Shown here: piece after piece, positions 8,481 through 15,236 of the stretch
Layout of the letters: each line of letters starts with the position of its first letter
How positions within the stretch are numbered: the stretch's first letter is position 1
NCBI GenBank assembly: GCA_016281775.1
Contig: JAEEJH010000140.1
Span: 7,788-71,787, forward strand
From: Clostridiales bacterium
Lineage (GTDB): Bacteria; Bacillota; Clostridia; Oscillospirales; CAG-272
Reading direction: 5' to 3'
Length of the DNA stretch: 64,000 nt
Translations under genes and position numbers: made by a program
The notes under the pieces: generated by a model
What the model was told of the DNA's origin: nothing
The model's input: only the letters and a program-made list of their open reading frames with translations
The model's database searches: none

Positions 8481-9778
8481 TGATCGGCACCGGCAAGCTC
8501 CAGATTTATTATGAAATCGGTCGCGCCGTTTGCGACGTTTTTACAGTCGGCGTCCTGCCCTTCGAGCCAGATGAACATTCTTATTCTCTGAGGAACGTTG
8601 CGTGTAAGCGTCGTGATATACACGTCGTCGGTCGCGCCCGCCGCGAGCAGATTGCCCGCCGACGCCGCGCTGACCTCGCCGTCCGCCGCCGCACCGTACA
8701 GGCTCGACGTGTTTTTGAAGAACGATCCGGGCGTTATATAAGGTGAGAGATACCATTGGCTTGCGGCGAAGAATTTGCCTGCCGCGTTATCTGCGGTCAG
8801 CTGCTCATCGTCGGTACTGTTTACGTATATACCGAACTGTTCGCCGAGCGGTACGTTGCCGCCGCTGAAATTCCATACGCTTTTCTTCTGCACGGTGAGT
8901 ATACCTGATATATCCTCTTCCTGGTCGCCCGCCGCGTTTTTAAGCGGTTTTGTTATTATATATTTGCCGTCGTCGTCGCCTTTGTGGGACGTGCCGTTCG
9001 GCTCGTATATCGTGAATCTGTAAGTTTCGCCGGTCGGGAGCTGTTCGCCCGGCTCCTGATATTTACCGAGGAGCTTCGAGCCGTATCTGCCGTTGTAACC
9101 GGCGCTTTCCTGATAACTCAGAAGGTTCTGACTCTCATCGCTCTTGGACGTGTTGACGAGAAATCCGAGGCGTACCGCCGCGGCGGCTCCGATCCCTTCG
9201 GGTTCGCCTATCGTAAACGCCGATCCGTTCTGTTCGACGACCGGGAATTCGACAAGCGACGAGCCGTCTTTTGCCCCGTTGCCGCCTCTGCCGCCGGTAC
9301 CCGTACCGGACGATACGCGCAGAGTATAATCGGAGCCGGGCGACACTACCCAGAAATCGAGGTAGATATAACTGCCGCTCGAGCGGTACGTCGTCATATT
9401 GGCGTATTCGAGCGTCGTGTCGGCGGCATATCCGTTCGCGCCGGTCACGATCCAGTGCAGACCGTCGGCGGTCGATACCGGCGACAGCCCGGTCAGGTCT
9501 TTGAGATAATCGTACGACAAATTCACCTTGTCGGAGAATGCGCCGGGATAATGTACGGTAACGCCGTCTTTGACAGAGCTCACGTCAGGCGCAAGAAGGA
9601 TCGTATTTCCGCCGGCAAGACTTATCTGCGCCCCGCTTGCGGTAGGGCTCGTAGACAGTATGAGCCACGCGTAGGTGACCGACACCGACATCGTGATAAC
9701 CATGATAAGGGTCGCGGCGGCGGCAACGGTCTTGATATACAGTTTTTTCAGTATGGTCTTGTCTGCACCGCTCTTCAT
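8477..9778 (-). CDS. TasA/camelysin-like secreted protein with SipW-class signal peptide (433 aa)
   Basis: GGGGAG RBS. The N-terminus is ...AAAATLIMVITMSVSVTYAWLILSTSPTASGAQISLAGGNTILLA. The C-terminus is RIRMFIWLEGQDADC...FIINLELAG. Confidence 0.8.
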   Translation of the reverse strand: MKSGADKTILKKLYIKTVAAAATLIMVITMSVSVTYAWLILSTSPTASGAQISLAGGNTILLAPDVSSVKDGVTVHYPGAFSDKVNLSYDYLKDLTGLSPVSTADGLHWIVTGANGYAADTTLEYANMTTYRSSGSYIYLDFWVVSPGSDYTLRVSSGTGTGGRGGNGAKDGSSLVEFPVVEQNGSAFTIGEPEGIGAAAAVRLGFLVNTSKSDESQNLLSYQESAGYNGRYGSKLLGKYQEPGEQLPTGETYRFTIYEPNGTSHKGDDDGKYIITKPLKNAAGDQEEDISGILTVQKKSVWNFSGGNVPLGEQFGIYVNSTDDEQLTADNAAGKFFAASQWYLSPYITPGSFFKNTSSLYGAAADGEVSAASAGNLLAAGATDDVYITTLTRNVPQRIRMFIWLEGQDADCKNVANGATDFIINLELAGADQ

Positions 9779-9798
9779 CTGCCTGCTCCCCGGATCTG

Positions 9799-11640
9799 TC
9801 AGCCGACGGTCTTCTTTCTCGCCAGCCTTTCTTTACGCTGTCTTTCGCGCTCGTCTTCGGCGCGTCTTGCGTCGTCAGCCTGACGTTTACGCAGTGCGAG
9901 ACGCGCTTTCAGTTCTTTTGCAAAGAACTCCGTCTCCGCGCTTACGGGAGACAGGTACGCTCTGTCCTGCTCGAGGTGTTTCTCGATCTCTTCGCGTTCA
10001 AGCTGCAGCTGACGCTGTCTTTCTTCTTCTTCTTTCTGCAGCTGTTCTTTTACCAGCCGCTCGCGCTCTTCTTCGGCGCGTCTCTTTTCGAGCAGGCGCT
10101 CGTATTTGATCCTCTCCTGCTCGTCTTTCTTCTGCTGTTTGAGCCGCTCAAGCTCTTCGCGCTTGATGCGCTCGGTCTCTTCAAGAATGAGCACCGCGTC
10201 CGCGAAATCGCGCATGCTCTCCGCCTTGACGGCTGCGGCTTCTTCACGGGCGTTCAACTGATCGTCAAGATGCTCGTAGAACGAAGCGATCTCCTTTTTG
10301 AAGATCCCGCTCCTTCTTCTGTCTTCGATATTGCGCTCGGCTATTTCGCTCTTTCTGCGCTCTTCTTCTATCATCTTCTCGCGGCGCTTGCGTTCTTTTT
10401 CTTCTTCTTTCGCCTTGCGTTCGCGTTCTTTTTCTTCTTCGAGCTCTCTCTTCTTGCGCTCCGCTTCTTCTTTCTTGCGCTGTTCCTGCTCTTCGACGAG
10501 TCTCTTGCGTTCCTCTGCCTCCTCTTTCATGAGGTCGGCTTTGGTAAGCTCTTCAATAAGGACTTTTCTGACCTCGACGTCCGGCAGGTCGTAATCTTCC
10601 GTAAGCTCCTCTATGATCTCGCGTATGAATTTCGGGCGGAGCGTGCGCTTTCTGCCTTTGGTTGCGATGGTTATCTTTCTGTCGTCCTTATCTTCGAGAT
10701 ATCCCTTAAGTATAAGGTAGTTGAACAGTATGTTTCTGTAGATGTCTTCTTCAAACTGAGCCGAAATGACCGGGTTCTGCTCTACGATCTTGATGGAATA
10801 TCCTACGTCGTCGTAGCTGCGCAGATATTCGAACAGCGCGACGATCTGTTTGTATGTTTTGTTTTTCTTCAGCACGTTCGTCTTGTTGATCGTGCCTTTT
10901 ATACGCGGCAGCTGGCTCATCTGCGTCGCGAACGAAGATCTCATGAACACGGTGAGCATGCGGTGTATGCGCGAGATCCTCGCGAAGACCTCGGAGTTTT
11001 TGTCGTCGGTCAGCATCGCGTTATCGATCTCCTTGATATGCAGAAACATATCAAGGTGCACCTTTTCGGTCTCGCTTTGCATATCGGATCTTATCTTGAG
11101 CTTCGCGCCGTACTCGTCGCTCATAGCGTCGAGAAGCGCGTCGTATCTGATGCTTACGAATCTGAACGCGTATTCGAGCGCCGTGAACGCGAGCCTGTTC
11201 TCATAGAGATTTATCGAGTCCTCACGGTAACGCTGCATCAGCTTGCCGGGTCTTACCTCGCCCGCGTCTTCGTTGAAATCGTCGACGTAAGAAGCGTGCT
11301 GCGCGAGATTGCGCACGACCTCCGAACCGCCTTTCTTGGCGTTGACCACGTTGACGATAAGTTCTTCTTCCTTGATGACGTTTCTCGGGTTGTTTACCAC
11401 GCTCTGTATCGCTTCGAGCGAGTTTTCGATCATATCGACCCATTCAAGGTCGACGAGTTTGACCATTTTGCGGTTGGAAAACTGAAATTCATTATCCGCG
11501 CGGGAAATGGCGTCCATAAAAAACTCGTAAAACTCGGTGCTGCCGATGGCGCGGATCACGCCTTTTGAGAACCGTTCGTATATCGGATCTATCAGCGACG
11601 TTACTTTTTCGTCAGCTGCGCCTCCGCTCTTTTTTGCCAT
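9799..11640 (-). CDS. partner of the McrB-like ATPase: ~360-aa globular N-domain plus ~250-aa E/R/K-rich helix; no recognisable nuclease
   Basis: The ATG lies 27 nt after the ATPase stop. The N-domain contains LYENRLAFTALEYAFRF (possibly McrC-N/DUF2357-like, unverified). From about residue 365 (nt ~10550 down to 9799) the sequence is almost only E, R, K, A, L and Q (KEEAEERKRLVEEQEQRKKEEAERKKRELEEEKERERKAKEEE...). Confidence 0.8.
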   Translation of the reverse strand: MAKKSGGAADEKVTSLIDPIYERFSKGVIRAIGSTEFYEFFMDAISRADNEFQFSNRKMVKLVDLEWVDMIENSLEAIQSVVNNPRNVIKEEELIVNVVNAKKGGSEVVRNLAQHASYVDDFNEDAGEVRPGKLMQRYREDSINLYENRLAFTALEYAFRFVSIRYDALLDAMSDEYGAKLKIRSDMQSETEKVHLDMFLHIKEIDNAMLTDDKNSEVFARISRIHRMLTVFMRSSFATQMSQLPRIKGTINKTNVLKKNKTYKQIVALFEYLRSYDDVGYSIKIVEQNPVISAQFEEDIYRNILFNYLILKGYLEDKDDRKITIATKGRKRTLRPKFIREIIEELTEDYDLPDVEVRKVLIEELTKADLMKEEAEERKRLVEEQEQRKKEEAERKKRELEEEKERERKAKEEEKERKRREKMIEEERRKSEIAERNIEDRRRSGIFKKEIASFYEHLDDQLNAREEAAAVKAESMRDFADAVLILEETERIKREELERLKQQKKDEQERIKYERLLEKRRAEEERERLVKEQLQKEEEERQRQLQLEREEIEKHLEQDRAYLSPVSAETEFFAKELKARLALRKRQADDARRAEDERERQRKERLARKKTVG

Positions 11641-11667
11641 CCTATCACCGCCTTTAAGACTCTAACG

Positions 11668-13236
11668 TTAATTGTTTTTCTTTAAGTATTCGACGTATTT
11701 TTTGCACGTCGCCATAGTGTTTTTGCCGAACAGTTTGTCGAGATACGCGTTGAATTTCATCAGCTCGTCTTTCATGAAGCCGAGGCTCAGAGATTCGAAT
11801 TTACGCAGTACCTTTTTTGCTATTATGAAGTCGACCGCTTCGACCTCGGTGCCGCCGCACGCTATGTAGCAGGGTACGAAATCGCGTATCTGCTTCATGA
11901 TACGGTTACCGAAAGCGAGGTGGAAGTTCTTGATGAGGTAGCCGTTCAGCTCTTCGAGCTTTTCTACCATGAAATCGTTGATCGGGTATTCCTTCTTCGC
12001 GTCGGCGAAGAGGGCGTTCATATGATCCGTCGTAACGTGGATCGACTCGGTCGGTTCGGGCACGAACGGATCGGCTCTGCTGTCAAGGTCTATCGGTATT
12101 GCGCGGTCGTAAACCTTGTCGGCGACTGCAAACGTCGAGTCGTCGTTGTTGATCGTACCGATGAACCATACGTTATCGGGTATCTGCACGGTGCCGTTTA
12201 CTATGAGGCAGGGGTCGTTGTCCCACATAGCGGTGACGATATCGACCTTCCATTCTTCTTTAAGCGGCATTTCGAGTATCGACAGCATTTCGGCGAAATA
12301 ATACTCGACACGCGCGATGTTCATTTCGTCGAGGATGACCATGTGCGGATCTCTGTAATAGTTGCTCTCGTAGATCGCGCGCAGGAAGTCGGTCTCGTTA
12401 TATTTCTTCGTGAATTCGTTGTAGTATCCGTAAAGCTCAGTTCTCTCACGCCAGCTCGGCTGTATCGAAACGACAGTCGCGTCGGAATTGACGAACTTGC
12501 CGAACGCATAAGGCAGAGACGTTTTACCCGTACCGGATATACCCTGTAAAATGATGATGCGCGCCGTGCCCATCGAGGCTACGTAGTATCTCATCATGCT
12601 CAGATCGTAATAAAGCTTGAGGGAATAAGCGGCGAACTGACGGAATTTATCGCAGAAATCGGCAAGCGTTATATTGTCGTCATATTCGGGTTTGACGTAT
12701 TCGGTCTTGTAGTAGTTGTCGACGCTCGTGAGGCGGAAGAAACGGCTCGTCTCCGGATCCACACACGGCGAATCCACCGTATTGCGGTTCTCGTTCGGGA
12801 TATATTCCTCTTTTTCTCCTTCTTCGCCTTCCGGCTCGGGCTCCTCGGGCAGACCGCCGCCGAGCTCAGCCGCTCTCATCTGGAGCAGCCGGTCTTTTTC
12901 GTAATTGGCGCGGATCAGATCGCGCTGGAGCGCTTTGACCTGTCTTGCCAGCTCGTCATATTTTTTGACCGATACGCGGAACCTGAATATCTTGCGCAAA
13001 AGCTTGAACAGCAGAAATACGAGAAAACCCGCCAAAGCAAGCAGAACGATCTCGGTTATCACCACCAGGATCCATTCGCCTACGCTGAAATCGGGCGCAT
13101 ACTGCCGGATCAGATTGTAACGCATCGGGAAATTGAACAGATAGTTCATGAATTCGAAAAACGCCGCGAAGATATTGATGAATGCTCTGAATACTCTTCC
13201 TACGTCATCGAAAAAATACTGTAAAAAGTTGCTCAT
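11668..13236 (-). CDS. membrane-tethered McrB-family AAA+ (GTPase-type) protein
   Basis: Hydrophobic N-terminus (FINIFAAFFEFMNYLF; WILVVITEIVLLALAGFLVFLLF), then a coiled-coil and an acidic linker. Walker A is QGISGTGKTS. Walker B plus following helix is MVILDEMNIARVEYYFAEMLSILE. NVWFIGTINNDDST resembles the McrB signature NxxIIGxMNTADRS. Confidence 0.85.
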   Translation of the reverse strand: MSNFLQYFFDDVGRVFRAFINIFAAFFEFMNYLFNFPMRYNLIRQYAPDFSVGEWILVVITEIVLLALAGFLVFLLFKLLRKIFRFRVSVKKYDELARQVKALQRDLIRANYEKDRLLQMRAAELGGGLPEEPEPEGEEGEKEEYIPNENRNTVDSPCVDPETSRFFRLTSVDNYYKTEYVKPEYDDNITLADFCDKFRQFAAYSLKLYYDLSMMRYYVASMGTARIIILQGISGTGKTSLPYAFGKFVNSDATVVSIQPSWRERTELYGYYNEFTKKYNETDFLRAIYESNYYRDPHMVILDEMNIARVEYYFAEMLSILEMPLKEEWKVDIVTAMWDNDPCLIVNGTVQIPDNVWFIGTINNDDSTFAVADKVYDRAIPIDLDSRADPFVPEPTESIHVTTDHMNALFADAKKEYPINDFMVEKLEELNGYLIKNFHLAFGNRIMKQIRDFVPCYIACGGTEVEAVDFIIAKKVLRKFESLSLGFMKDELMKFNAYLDKLFGKNTMATCKKYVEYLKKNN

Positions 13237-13263
13237 GTTTTCACTTGCTCCGGGACGACGTTA

Positions 13264-14055
13264 TTATTCTCCGGTCCCGCCGTCGGACGTACCGTTACCT
13301 TCTTTGTTTTTCATTTCGGCGAGTATCTGGGCGCGTATCTCCGCCTCGAGTTTCTCGCGTTCTTTCTTCTTTTCGTCTTCTTCGCCTGCGGCTTCTGCGG
13401 CTTCACGCTCCTGCTCGTACATAAGGCGGTTCTTTACGCTCTGATATTCGAACATTACGCGGAAGAACTGGATCAGGTGATATATGAAGAACAGACCGAC
13501 GGGAACGACCACAACTATAAGAAAGCCCGTGCTTGTCTGCAGAAAGTCGAATACTTTGCCGGCGCCTTTGATCCTCTTGCCGGTGTACTGACCGACGACC
13601 TCGGCTTCATGTACCGGCATATCGTCTTCTATCGTATTGTTATCGCCCTGTGTGGTGAATATGAGGTGATCTCCGCCGTCCCAGATACCTATGATTCTGT
13701 GCGTGTTGAGCGCGCGTTCGCCCTCGATCACGGTCCAGTATGTTATTATATCGTTTACCTGAAGCGCGGACGTATCTTTGACGCGTTTGGCAAAGATAAG
13801 GTCGCCGGCGGAGAAAACGGGATACATTGAATCGGTCTGGATCGAAAGCAGCTCGACGCCGAAAATGCTCGGTACTCCGTTGCCCGACGTGCTTATGAAC
13901 GATACGTACGTGCAAACGGCGGCTATTACGATAGCGATGACCAAAATTATATTAACCACCGTATTGGCGATTCGTCTGCCTTTTTTCTCCGGTTTGACAA
14001 CGGCAGCTTCGTCCGCCGCGTTTTCGTTTATCCTTTCATCCTGTTGTTTCTTCAT
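13264..14055 (-). CDS. sipW: signal peptidase I, SipW/ER type, paralog 2, with C-terminal TM helix and charged tail
   Basis: GAAGGAGA RBS. N-terminal TM (IILVIAIVIAAVCTYVSFI), Ser box IQTDSMYPV, His box LNTHRIIG and TQGDNNTIEDD box are present. A second TM (GFLIVVVVPVGLFFIYHLIQFF) is followed by an E/K-rich tail. Confidence 0.85.
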   Translation of the reverse strand: MKKQQDERINENAADEAAVVKPEKKGRRIANTVVNIILVIAIVIAAVCTYVSFISTSGNGVPSIFGVELLSIQTDSMYPVFSAGDLIFAKRVKDTSALQVNDIITYWTVIEGERALNTHRIIGIWDGGDHLIFTTQGDNNTIEDDMPVHEAEVVGQYTGKRIKGAGKVFDFLQTSTGFLIVVVVPVGLFFIYHLIQFFRVMFEYQSVKNRLMYEQEREAAEAAGEEDEKKKEREKLEAEIRAQILAEMKNKEGNGTSDGGTGE

Positions 14056-14105
14056 GGAAGATCTCCTTCAATTATTATCTGTATATAACGTAAACTTATA
14101 CTAAT

Positions 14106-15095
14106 TTATTCGGGTACGTCTTCATATCCGTGATAGCCGCCGTATTCGACGTTGAACTGTATGCTCGCGAGTATCTTCGCGTCGTCTATACGGGCTACGC
14201 AGTCGATATCCTGCCCTTCGAGCCATACGTAAAGATCTATTCTGATCTTTTCATCCGGTGAGATCGTGAAAAGCTGTTTGTTTTTCATGAATCTGCCGAG
14301 GCTCTTTATCGTAACGTTTCTCTGCACGGGGTACGCTTCGCTCCACGACGAGGGATACTGCAGTATCAGATGGTCTTCGTCGATCAGGTTTTCGGTACCG
14401 TCTATGCTCGGCGTCGGGTAGTAAAGATACGGATCGTTTATATGGTAGTTGCAGCTCGGTTCGTAAATGAAAAACTCGGATCCGCCGGTCGGCTCGCCGT
14501 CGTCTTTGCCGATGTGCGTGATGCGGAAGCCTATGCGTATCGCCGTATCGGCGTTGTTGCCGCCGTCGTAATGCGAGATCGATTCGGGATCCCAGATCGG
14601 TTTGCCTATGACGTAAGTGCCGGCTCCCTTTTCGCCGCCGTTGATCTCGATCGCTTCGGCGAGCTGAACCGAGCATTCGGCGTCGGTCCTCGCGTAGAAC
14701 GTGCCTACGACGTAATAACCCTCGCTGCCATGCCGGTTGGCGTTTTTCTCGTCGGACAAGGCGAACAGTCCGCTCATTCTGCCGTCGAAGCCGTAACGCA
14801 TCGAATAGAATTTCTTTTCGTAGTTTGACCAGGTTACCGGTTTGAGCGGATAATCACCGCTGACGATCTGCTCGAAATCTATATGCTGCGACCACTCGTT
14901 ATCAGGCGCGTCATGCGCCGTCGCGAGCTCGATGCCCTGCTGTGAGTTGATGTAGATCGACATATCGTTGACGTGCGGAGTCTGTGAAAGCGAGAACCAC
15001 GTGTAAGTCGATGCGACGAGCAGTATCAGAAGCGCCAAAAGGACCCAGAGATAGAGAAACGTCCGCCGTCTTTGTCTTATTGCCTGATCCGGCAT
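14106..15095 (-). CDS. TasA/camelysin-like secreted protein with SipW-class signal peptide (329 aa)
   Basis: The ATG at 15095 lies 6 nt after AAAGGAGA; the track start 15134 is a GTG. The N-terminus is MPDQAIRQRRRTFLYLWVLLALLILLVASTYTWFSLSQTP. The C-terminus is IRIDLYVWLEGQDIDC...LASIQFNVEYGG. Confidence 0.8.
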   Translation of the reverse strand: MPDQAIRQRRRTFLYLWVLLALLILLVASTYTWFSLSQTPHVNDMSIYINSQQGIELATAHDAPDNEWSQHIDFEQIVSGDYPLKPVTWSNYEKKFYSMRYGFDGRMSGLFALSDEKNANRHGSEGYYVVGTFYARTDAECSVQLAEAIEINGGEKGAGTYVIGKPIWDPESISHYDGGNNADTAIRIGFRITHIGKDDGEPTGGSEFFIYEPSCNYHINDPYLYYPTPSIDGTENLIDEDHLILQYPSSWSEAYPVQRNVTIKSLGRFMKNKQLFTISPDEKIRIDLYVWLEGQDIDCVARIDDAKILASIQFNVEYGGYHGYEDVPE

Positions 15096-15133
15096 TTTGT
15101 TTCTCCTTTCTTCAAAGTTGACCGCAGGTTCCA

Positions 15134-15224
15134 CCTTTGCGTACAGACGTTTGCGCGCAAAGGTCGCCCCTGCGGGCGATCGCCGTCCGGGCGGACGCCG
15201 GATATACCGGGCGTCCGTCGGACG
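15134..15224. repeat. cluster of five consecutive short GC-rich hairpins in the intercistronic gap
   Basis: Stems read directly: CCTTTGCG/CGCAAAGG (15134-15163), TCGCCC/GGGCGA (15164-15179), CGTCC/GGACG (15184-15197), CCGG/CCGG (15198-15210) and CGTCC/GGACG (15212-15224). Confidence 0.7.
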
Positions 15225-15236
15225 GTCGGGATTGTT

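Noticed and set aside
9976-11568. 530-aa plus-strand ORF, with nested ORFs such as 10298..10594
   Set aside because: It is the antisense shadow of the E/R/K-rich gene. Its translation is F/L/S low-complexity sequence, which is what the complement of GAA/GAG/AAG/CGN codons gives. The minus-strand gene has an RBS and operon-style spacing.
9799-13236. Ordinary McrBC Type IV restriction system
   Set aside because: No PD-(D/E)xK or HNH nuclease region is recognisable in the partner. The ATPase has a membrane anchor. The pair is tightly packed inside a secretion/fibre operon. A defence role is kept as an alternative hypothesis in the findings, not excluded.
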